Source of the DNA: Macrostomum hystrix
Lineage: Eukaryota; Animalia; Platyhelminthes
Reading direction: 5' to 3'
NCBI GenBank assembly: GCA_950097015.1
Contig: CATNEN010000037.1
Coordinates: forward strand, 2,480,001-2,544,000
Length of the DNA stretch: 64,000 bases
In this document: positions 35,101-47,100 of the stretch, piece after piece
Numbering within the stretch: the stretch's first letter is position 1
How the letters are laid out: every line of letters begins with the position of its first letter
Notes under the pieces: generated by a model
The model's input: only the letters and a program-made list of their open reading frames with translations
What the model was told of the DNA's origin: nothing
Database searches by the model: none
Position numbers and translations under genes: made by a program

Positions 35101-38100
35101 AGCTACGATTCTTTTACTGATTCTAGCTACGATACCTGTAATGATTCTAGCTACGATTCTTGTAATGATTCTAGCTACGATTCCTGTAACGATAGCTACG
35201 ATTCCTGTAATGATTCTAGCTACGATTCTTGTAATGATTCTAGCTACGATTCTTGTAATGATTCTAGCTACGATTCTTGTAATGATTCTAGCTACGATTC
35301 TTGTAATGATTCTAGCTACGATTCCTGAAACGATAGCTACGATTCCTGTAATGATTCTAGCTACGATTCTTGTAATGATTCTAGCTACGATTCTTGTAAT
35401 GATTCTAGCTACGATTCCTGTAATGATTCTAGCTACGATTCTTTTACTGATTCTAGCTACGATACCTGTAATGATTCTAGCTACGATTCTTGTAATGATT
35501 CTAGCTACGATTCTTGTAATGATTCTAGCTACGATTCCTGTAACGATAGCTACGATTCCTGTAATGATTCTAGCTACGATTCTTGTAATGATTCTAGCTA
35601 CGATTCTTGTAATGATTCTATCTACGATTCTTGTAATGATTCTAGCTATGATTCCTGTAATGATTCTAGCTACGATTCCTGTAATGATTCTAGCTACGAT
35701 TCCTGTAATGATTCTAGCTACGATTCCTGTAATGATTCTAGCTACGATTCTTGTAATGATTCTAGCTACGATTCCTGTAATGATTCTAGCTACGATTCTT
35801 TTACTGATTCTAGCTACGATACCTGTAATGATTCTAGCTACGATTCCTGTAATGATTCTAGCTACGATTCTTGTAATGATTCTAGCTACGATTCCTGTAA
35901 TGATTCTAGCTACGATTCCTGTAATGATTCTAGCTATGATTCTTTTACTGATTCTAGCTACGATACCTGTAATGATTCTAGCTACGATTCCTGTAATGAT
36001 TCTAGCTACGATTCCTGTAATGATTCTAGCTATGATTCTTTTACTGATTCTAGCTACGATACCTGTAACGATAGCTACGATTCCTGTAATGATTCTAGCT
36101 ATGATTCCTGTAATGATTCTAGCTACGATTCCTGTAATGATTCTAGCTACGATTCCTGTAATGATTCTAGCTACGATTCTTGTAATGATTCTAGCTACGA
36201 TTCTTGTAATGATTCTAGCTACGATTCTTTTACTGATTCTAGCTACGATACCTGTAATGATTCTAGCTACGATTCCTGTAATGATTCTAGCTACGATTCT
36301 TTTACTGATTCTAGCTACGATACCTGTAACGATAGCTACGATTCCTGTAATGATTCTAGCTACGATTCTTGTAATGATTCTAGCTACGATTCTTTTACTG
36401 ATTCTAGCTACGATACCTGTAATGATTCTAGCTACGATTCCTGTAATGATTCTAGCTATGATTCCTGTAATGATTCTAGCTATGATTCTTTTACTGATTC
36501 TAGCTACGATACCTGTAACGATAGCTACGATTCCTGTAATGATTCTAGCTATGATTCCTGTAATGATTCTAGCTACGATTCCTGTTATGATTCTAGCTAC
36601 GATTCCTGTAATGATTCTAGCTACGATTCTTGTAATGATTCTAGCTACGATTCTTGTAATGATTCTAGCTACGATTCTTTTACTGATTCTAGCTACGATA
36701 CCTGTAATGATTCTAGCTACGATTCCTGTAATGATTCTAGCTACGATTCTTTTACTGATTCTAGCTACGATACCTGTAACGATAGCTACGATTCCTGTAA
36801 TGATTCTAGCTACGATTCTTGTAATGATTCTAGCTACGATTCTTGTAATGATTCTAGCTACGATTCTTGTAATGATTCTAGCTACGATTCCTGTAATGAT
36901 TCTAGCTACGATTCTTGTAATGATTCTAGCTACGATTCCTGTAATGATTCTAGCTATGATTCTTTTACTGATTCTAGCTACGATGCCTGTAACGATAGCT
37001 ACGATTCCTGTAATGATTCTAGCTATGATTCCTGTAATGATTCTAGCTACGATTCCTGTAATGATTCTAGCTACGATTCCTGTAATGATTCTAGCTACGA
37101 TTCTTGTAATGATTCTAGCTACGATTCTTGTAATGATTCTAGCTACGATTCTTTTACTGATTCTAGCTACGATACCTGTAATGATTCTATCTACGATTCC
37201 TGTAATGATTCTAGCTACGATTCTTTTACTGATTCTAGCTACGATACCTGTAACGATAGCTACGATTCCTGTAATGATTCTAGCTACGATTCTTGTAATG
37301 ATTCTAGCTACGATTCTTGTAATGATTCTAGCTACGATTCTTTTACTGATTCTAGCTACGATACCTGTAATGATTCTAGCTACGATTCTTGTAATGATTC
37401 TAGCTACGATTCTTGTAATGATTCTAGCTACGATTCTTGTAATGATTCTAGCTACGATTCTTTTACTGATTCTAGCTACGATACCTGTAACGATAGCTAC
37501 GATTCCTGTAATGATTCTAGCTACGACTCTTGTAATGATTCTAGCTACGATTCCTGTAATGATTCTAGCTACGATTCTTGTAATGATTCTAGCTACGATT
37601 CTTGTAATGATTCTAGCTACGATTCCTGAAACGATAGCTACGATTCCTGTAATGATTCTAGCTACGATTCTTGTAATGATTCTAGCTACGATTCTTGTAA
37701 TGATTCTAGCTACGATTCTTGTAATGATTCTAGCTACGATTCTTTTACTGATTCTAGCTACGATACCTGTAATGATTCTAGCTACGATTCCTGTAATGAT
37801 TCTAGCTACGATTCTTTTACTGATTCTAGCTACGATGCCTGTAACGATAGCTACGATTCCTGTAATGATTCTAGCTACGATTCTTGTAATGATTCTAGCT
37901 ACGATTCTTTTACTGATTCTAGCTACGATACCTGTAATGATTCTAGCTACGATTCCTGTAATGATTCTAGCTATGATTCCTGTAATGATTCTAGCTATGA
38001 TTCTTTTACTGATTCTAGCTACGATACCTGTAACGATAGCTACGATTCCTGTAATGATTCTAGCTATGATTCCTGTAATGATTCTAGCTACGATTCCTGT

Positions 38101-41100
38101 AATGATTCTAGCTACGATTCTTGTAATGATTCTAGCTACGATTCCTGTAATGATTCTAGCTACGATTCTTTTACTGATTCTAGCTACGATACCTGTAATG
38201 ATTCTAGCTACGATTCCTGTAATGATTCTAGCTACGATTCTTGTAATGATTCTAGCTACGATTCCTGTAATGATTCTAGCTACGATTCCTGTAATGATTC
38301 TAGCTATGATTCTTTTACTGATTCTAGCTACGATACCTGTAATGATTCTAGCTACGATTCCTGTAATGATTCTAGCTACGATTCCTGTAATGATTCTAGC
38401 TATGATTCTTTTACTGATTCTAGCTACGATACCTGTAACGATAGCTACGATTCCTGTAATGATTCTAGCTATGATTCCTGTAATGATTCTAGCTACGATT
38501 CCTGTAATGATTCTAGCTACGATTCTTTTACTGATTCTAGCTACGATACCTGTAACGATAGCTACGATTCCTGTAATGATTCTAGCTATGATTCCTGTAA
38601 TGATTCTAGCTACGATTCCTGTAATGATTCTAGCTACGATTCCTGTAATGATTCTAGCTACGATTCTTGTAATGATTCTAGCTACGATTCTTGTAATGAT
38701 TCTAGCTACGATTCTTTTACTGATTCTAGCTACGATACCTGTAACGATAGCTACGATTCCTGTAATGATTCTAGCTACGATTCTTGTAATGATTCTAGCT
38801 ACGATTCTTGTAATGATTCTAGCTACGATTCTTTTACTGATTCTAGCTACGATACCTGTAATGATTCTAGCTACGATTCCTGTAATGATTCTAGCTACGA
38901 TTCTTTTACTGATTCTAGCTACGATACCTGTAACGATAGCTACGATTCCTGTAATGATTCTAGCTACGATTCTTGTAATGATTCTAGCTACGATTCTTGT
39001 AATGATTCTAGCTACGATTCTTGTAATGATTCTAGCTACGATTCTTTTACTTATTCTAGCTACGATACCTGTAACGATAGCTACGATTCCTGTAATGATT
39101 CTAGCTACGATTCTTGTAATGATTCTAGCTACGATTCTTGTAATGATTCTAGCTACGATTCTTGTAATGATTCTAGCTACGATTCTTGTAATGATTCTAG
39201 CTACGATTCTTGTAACGATTTTAGCTACGATTCCTGTAATGATTCTAGCTACGATTCTTGTAACGATTCTAGCTACGATTCCTGTAATGATTCTATCTAC
39301 GATTCTTGTAATGATTCTATCTACGATTCTTGTAATGATTCTATCTACGATTCTTGTAATGATTCTAGCTACGATTCTTGTAATGATTCTAACTACGATT
39401 CTTTTACTGATTCTAGCTACGATACCTGTAATGATTCTAGCTACGATTCTTGTAATGATTCTAGCTACGATTCCTGTAATTATTCTAGCTACGATTCCTG
39501 TAATGATTCTAGCTATGATTCCTGTAATGATTCTAGCTACGATTCTTGTAATGATTCTAGCTACGATTCTTTTACTGATTCTAGCTACGATACCTGTAAT
39601 GATTCTAGCTACGATTCCTGTAATGATTCTAGCTACGATTCTTGTAATGATTCTAGCTACGATTCCTGTAATGATTCTAGCTACGATTCCTGTAATGATT
39701 CTAGCTACGATTCCTGTAATGATTCTAGCTACGATTCTTTTACTGATTCTAGCTACGATACCTGTAATGATTCTAGCTACGATTCTTGTAATGATTCTAG
39801 CTACGATTCCTGTAACGATAGCTACGATTCCTGTAATGATTCTAGCTACGATTCTTGTAATGATTCTAGCTACGATTCTTGTAATGATTCTAGCTACGAT
39901 TCTTGTAATGATTCTAGCTACGATTCTTGTAATGATTCTAGCTACGATTCCTGAAACGATAGCTACGATTCCTGTAATGATTCTAGCTACGATTCTTGTA
40001 ATGATTCTAGCTACGATTCTTGTAATGATTCTAGCTACGATTCCTGTAATGATTCTAGCTACGATTCTTTTACTGATTCTAGCTACGATACCTGTAATGA
40101 TTCTAGCTACGATTCTTGTAATGATTCTAGCTACGATTCTTGTAATGATTCTAGCTACGATTCCTGTAACGATAGCTACGATTCCTGTAATGATTCTAGC
40201 TACGATTCTTGTAATGATTCTAGCTACGATTCTTGTAATGATTCTATCTACGATTCTTGTAATGATTCTAGCTATGATTCCTGTAATGATTCTAGCTACG
40301 ATTCCTGTAATGATTCTAGCTACGATTCCTGTAATGATTCTAGCTACGATTCCTGTAATGATTCTAGCTACGATTCTTGTAATGATTCTAGCTACGATTC
40401 CTGTAATGATTCTAGCTACGATTCTTTTACTGATTCTAGCTACGATACCTGTAATGATTCTAGCTACGATTCCTGTAATGATTCTAGCTACGATTCTTGT
40501 AATGATTCTAGCTACGATTCCTGTAATGATTCTAGCTACGATTCCTGTAATGATTCTAGCTATGATTCTTTTACTGATTCTAGCTACGATACCTGTAATG
40601 ATTCTAGCTACGATTCCTGTAATGATTCTAGCTACGATTCCTGTAATGATTCTAGCTATGATTCTTTTACTGATTCTAGCTACGATACCTGTAACGATAG
40701 CTACGATTCCTGTAATGATTCTAGCTATGATTCCTGTAATGATTCTAGCTACGATTCCTGTAATGATTCTAGCTACGATTCCTGTAATGATTCTAGCTAC
40801 GATTCTTGTAATGATTCTAGCTACGATTCTTGTAATGATTCTAGCTACGATTCTTTTACTGATTCTAGCTACGATACCTGTAATGATTCTAGCTACGATT
40901 CCTGTAATGATTCTAGCTACGATTCTTTTACTGATTCTAGCTACGATACCTGTAACGATAGCTACGATTCCTGTAATGATTCTAGCTACGATTCTTGTAA
41001 TGATTCTAGCTACGATTCTTTTACTGATTCTAGCTACGATACCTGTAATGATTCTAGCTACGATTCCTGTAATGATTCTAGCTATGATTCCTGTAATGAT

Positions 41101-44100
41101 TCTAGCTATGATTCTTTTACTGATTCTAGCTACGATACCTGTAACGATAGCTACGATTCCTGTAATGATTCTAGCTATGATTCCTGTAATGATTCTAGCT
41201 ACGATTCCTGTTATGATTCTAGCTACGATTCCTGTAATGATTCTAGCTACGATTCTTGTAATGATTCTAGCTACGATTCTTGTAATGATTCTAGCTACGA
41301 TTCTTTTACTGATTCTAGCTACGATACCTGTAATGATTCTAGCTACGATTCCTGTAATGATTCTAGCTACGATTCTTTTACTGATTCTAGCTACGATACC
41401 TGTAACGATAGCTACGATTCCTGTAATGATTCTAGCTACGATTCTTGTAATGATTCTAGCTACGATTCTTGTAATGATTCTAGCTACGATTCTTGTAATG
41501 ATTCTAGCTACGATTCCTGTAATGATTCTAGCTACGATTCTTGTAATGATTCTAGCTACGATTCCTGTAATGATTCTAGCTATGATTCTTTTACTGATTC
41601 TAGCTACGATGCCTGTAACGATAGCTACGATTCCTGTAATGATTCTAGCTATGATTCCTGTAATGATTCTAGCTACGATTCCTGTAATGATTCTAGCTAC
41701 GATTCCTGTAATGATTCTAGCTACGATTCTTGTAATGATTCTAGCTACGATTCTTGTAATGATTCTAGCTACGATTCTTTTACTGATTCTAGCTACGATA
41801 CCTGTAATGATTCTATCTACGATTCCTGTAATGATTCTAGCTACGATTCTTTTACTGATTCTAGCTACGATACCTGTAACGATAGCTACGATTCCTGTAA
41901 TGATTCTAGCTACGATTCTTGTAATGATTCTAGCTACGATTCTTGTAATGATTCTAGCTACGATTCTTTTACTGATTCTAGCTACGATACCTGTAATGAT
42001 TCTAGCTACGATTCTTGTAATGATTCTAGCTACGATTCTTGTAATGATTCTAGCTACGATTCTTGTAATGATTCTAGCTACGATTCTTTTACTGATTCTA
42101 GCTACGATACCTGTAACGATAGCTACGATTCCTGTAATGATTCTAGCTACGACTCTTGTAATGATTCTAGCTACGATTCCTGTAATGATTCTAGCTACGA
42201 TTCTTGTAATGATTCTAGCTACGATTCTTGTAATGATTCTAGCTACGATTCCTGAAACGATAGCTACGATTCCTGTAATGATTCTAGCTACGATTCTTGT
42301 AATGATTCTAGCTACGATTCTTGTAATGATTCTAGCTACGATTCTTGTAATGATTCTAGCTACGATTCTTTTACTGATTCTAGCTACGATACCTGTAATG
42401 ATTCTAGCTACGATTCCTGTAATGATTCTAGCTACGATTCTTTTACTGATTCTAGCTACGATGCCTGTAACGATAGCTACGATTCCTGTAATGATTCTAG
42501 CTACGATTCTTGTAATGATTCTAGCTACGATTCTTTTACTGATTCTAGCTACGATACCTGTAATGATTCTAGCTACGATTCCTGTAATGATTCTAGCTAT
42601 GATTCCTGTAATGATTCTAGCTATGATTCTTTTACTGATTCTAGCTACGATACCTGTAACGATAGCTACGATTCCTGTAATGATTCTAGCTATGATTCCT
42701 GTAATGATTCTAGCTACGATTCCTGTTATGATTCTAGCTACGATTCCTGTAATGATTCTAGCTACGATTCTTGTAATGATTCTAGCTACGATTCTTGTAA
42801 TGATTCTAGCTACGATTCTTTTACTGATTCTAGCTACGATACCTGTAATGATTCTAGCTACGATTCCTGTAATGATTCTAGCTACGATTCTTGTAATGAT
42901 TCTAGCTACGATTCCTGTAATGATTCTAGCTACGATTCCTGTAATGATTCTAGCTACGATTCCTGTAATGATTCTAGCTACGATTCCTGTAATGATTCTA
43001 GCTACGATTCTTTTACTGATTCTAGCTACGATACCTGTAATGATTCTAGCTACGATTCCTGTAATGATTCTAGCTACGATTCCTGTAATGATTCTAGCTA
43101 TGATTCTTTTACTGATTCTAGCTACGATACCTGTAACGATAGCTACGATTCCTGTAATGATTCTAGCTATGATTCCTGTAATGATTCTAGCTACGATTCC
43201 TGTAATGATTCTAGCTACGATTCCTGTAATGATTCTAGCTACGATTCTTGTAATGATTCTAGCTACGATTCTTGTAATGATTCTAGCTACGATTCTTTTA
43301 CTGATTCTAGCTACGATACCTGTAACGATAGCTACGATTCCTGTAATGATTCTAGCTACGATTCTTGTAATGATTCTAGCTACGATTCTTGTAATGATTC
43401 TAGCTACGATTCTTTTACTGATTCTAGCTACGATACCTGTAATGATTCTAGCTACGATTCCTGTAATGATTCTAGCTACGATTCTTTTACTGATTCTAGC
43501 TACGATACCTGTAACGATAGCTACGATTCCTGTAATGATTCTAGCTACGATTCTTGTAATGATTCTAGCTACGATTCTTGTAATGATTCTAGCTACGATT
43601 CTTGTAATGATTCTAGCTACGATTCTTTTACTTATTCTAGCTACGATACCTGTAACGATAGCTACGATTCCTGTAATGATACCTGTAATGGTTCCATTTT
43701 AATAACGGTTCCAAACACGAAGCTTATCCGATCAGAGCCTCGCTCACCCTGTAGTAGGAAACGCCGCGCAGCGTGATGGTTGCCACGTAGAGCGCGTTGG
43801 TGGCGAAGTCCAGGAGGTTCCACATGTCTGTCACGTAGGCTTTGATGCCTTCGCCCCAAAGCTGCTTGATTTCTTGCCACACGAAACCTGCGTCGGATGG
43901 CGTGTTTTAGTGAGTAGAGAGTGGAGTGAGTAGAGAGTGGAGTGAGTAGAGAGTGGAGTGCGTAGATAGTGCGGAGTGAGTAGATAGTTAAGGGAGTAGA
44001 GAGTGGATTAAGTAGAGAGTAAGGTGAGTAGAGAGTGGATTGAGTAGAGAGTGGAGTAAGTAGATTGAGTAAAGAGAGGAGTGAATATTAAATGGAGTGA

Positions 44101-47100
44101 CTATAGAGTGGAGTAAATATTGAGTGGAGTGAATATTGAGTGGAGTGAATATTGAGTGGCGTGACTATAGATTGGAGTGACAATAGATTGTAGTTGCAGA
44201 CGCAACTTATGGTTCGTCACGGGCGCGCCTATGAAACAGGTGGAACCTGTCCCAACGGCGAAGGTAATACCTTGGACTAAAGCCTAGACAGGGAAGGACG
44301 GTTGGGCGGCAAAGCGATGGGAATTATGGAATCGATTCAGCCACGCCCTGAGCCCCCAGACACGAATTCGCCGCTCGCTACTGGCATTCGCGAACCCGGC
44401 TGGGCTGAGATTAAAATGAATAAGGCGGAGCAGGACAAGCCTTGGACAAATGAGTTCGAGAATTGGGGGAAATAGACTCCTAGAGAAAGAACTCTACCTG
44501 CATGGGTGTGGCATCCGCTGGAATAGGAAGGCTTTCAAGTCATTTTTTTTTCATCGCGATTACAATCCCAGAGACGCATGCACGAGCGAAGTTGCCAAAG
44601 ATTTTCCAACGAAAAAATAATTTTCTCCTTCAATAGCGAATTTTTTCTGCCGTATTCGACGGGGTAATACCAGTAAATTTGGAGTAACAGGAAATTAAAA
44701 TTTTAGAATTTAAATGAAAATTCTGAGTAGGACTGTGTCCAACGTGGAGGCTGACCGTTCCACTGACCCTTGAGCACACGATTGAGCATAACAAGTTTTG
44801 CGTCAGATGCAAAGGAAGCCCCTGTTTACAAGTTACTCAAACAGCAACATGGGTGTGGAGGATGGACGTCTGAAGCCTGTGCGGGTCTCTGCTTCGGATG
44901 CACTTTGTAAAGTCCATTGCCAAACATCAAACCCCCTACGAAAATGCGATACTGGCTCATCGGTCACGCCCACAGCATTTGATTTCTGTTGCTTATTCGT
45001 TTTGGATATTTTATTCAAATCATCACGCGATAATGCCCGCATCCTTCTCACGGTGTGATACAGGACAGGTTCTCTCGGTATGATACTGGACAGGTTCTCT
45101 CGGTGTGATACTGGACAGGTTCTATCGGTGTGATACTGGACAGGTTCTATCGGTGTGATACTGGACAGGATCTCTCGGTGTGATACTGGACAGGTTCTCT
45201 CGGTGTGATACTGGACAGGTTCTCTCGGTGTGATACTGGACAGGATCTCTCGGTATGATACAAGACAGGTTCTCTCGGTGTGATACTGGACAGGATCTCA
45301 CAGTGTGATACTGGACAGGTTCTCTCGGTATGATACTGGACAGGTTCTCTCGGTATGATACTGGACAGGTTCTGTCGGTATGATACTGGACAGGATCTCT
45401 CGGTGTGATACTGGACAGGTTCTCTCGGTATGATACTGGAGAGGATCTCTCGGTGTGATACAGGACAGGTTCTCTCGGTATGATACAGGACAGGTTCTCT
45501 CGGTATGATACTGGACAGGTTCTCTCGGTATGATACTGGACAGGTTCTCTCGGTATGATACTGGACAGGTTCTCTCGGTATGATACAGGACAGGTTCTCT
45601 CGGTATGATACTGGACAGGTTCTCTCGGTATGATACTGGACAGGTTCTCTCGGTGTGATACTGGACAGGTTCTCTCGGTATGATACAGGACAGGTTCTCT
45701 CGGTATGATACTGGACAGGTTCTCTCGGTATGATACTGGACAGGTTCTCTCGGTATGATACTGGACAGGTTCTCTCGGTATGATACTGGACAGGTTCTCT
45801 CGGTGTGATACTGGACAGGTTCTCTCGGTGTGATACAGGACAGGTTCTCTCGGTATGATACTGGACAGGTTCTCTCGGTATGATACTGGACAGGTTCTCT
45901 CGGTGTGATACTGGACAGGTTCTCTCGGTATGATACAGGACAGGTTCTCTCGGGATGATACTGGACAGGTTCTCTCGGTATGATACTGGACAGGATCTCT
46001 CGGTATGATACTGGACAGGTTCTCTCGGTGTGATACTGGACAGGTTCTCTCGGTGTGATACTGGACAGGTTCTCTCGGTATGATACTGGACAGGTTCTCT
46101 CGGTGTGATACTGGACAGGTTCTCTCGGTATGATACAGGACAGGTTCTCTCGGTATGATACTGGACAGGTTCTCTCGGTATGATACTGGACAGGTTCTCT
46201 CGGTATGATACTGGACAGGTTCTCTCGGTATGATACTGGACAGGTTCTCTCGGTATGATACTGGACAGGTTCTCTCGGTGTGATACAGGACAGGTTCTCT
46301 CGGTATGATACTGGACAGGTTCTCTCGGTATGATACTGGACAGGTTCTCTCGGTGTGATACTGGACAGGTTCTCTCGGTATGATACAGGACAGGTTCTCT
46401 CGGTATGATACTGGACAGGTTCTCTCGGTATGATACTGGACAGGTTCTCTCGGTATGATACTGGACAGGATCTCTCGGTATGATACAGGACAGGTTCTCT
46501 CGGTGTGATACTGGACAGGTTCTCTCGGTGTGATACTGGACAGGTTCTCTCGGTGTGACACTGGACAGGATCTCTCGGTATGATACAGGACAGGTTCTCT
46601 CGTTGTGATACAGGACAGGTTCTCTCGGTGTGATACTGGACAGGTTCTCTCGGTATGATACTGGACAGGTTCTCTTGGTGTGATACTGGACAGGTTCTCT
46701 CGGTATGATATTGGACAGGTTCTCTCGGTGTGATACAGGACAGGTTCTCTCGGTATGATACTGGACAGGTTCTCTCGGTATGATACTGGACAGGATCTCT
46801 CGGTATGATACAGGACAGGTTCTCTCGGTATGATACTGGACAGGTTCTCTCGGTATGATACTGGACAGGATCTCTCGGTATGATACAGGACAGGTTCTCT
46901 CGGTATGATACTGGACAGGTTCTCTCGGTATGATACTGGACAGGTTCTCTTGGTGTGATACTGGACAGGTTCTCTCGGTATGATACAGGACAGGTTCTCT
47001 CGGTATGATACTGGACAGGATCTCACAGTGTGATACTGGACAGGTTCTCTCGGTATGATACAGGACAGGTTCTCTCGGTATGATACTGGACAGGATCTCA

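Noticed and set aside
31130-43660. TTACAG|GTATC motifs on the TRPC sense strand as recursive splice sites
   Set aside because: No polypyrimidine tract upstream and a weak donor consensus; they are a by-product of one repeat variant.
30854-43702. 4282-aa hydrophobic ORF (ILATIPVM)n
   Set aside because: Read-through of a 24-bp unit lacking stops in that frame, antisense within a TRPC intron and starting at TTG. The commonest variants are non-synonymous in this frame, and the minus-strand ITGIVARI frame is equally open.
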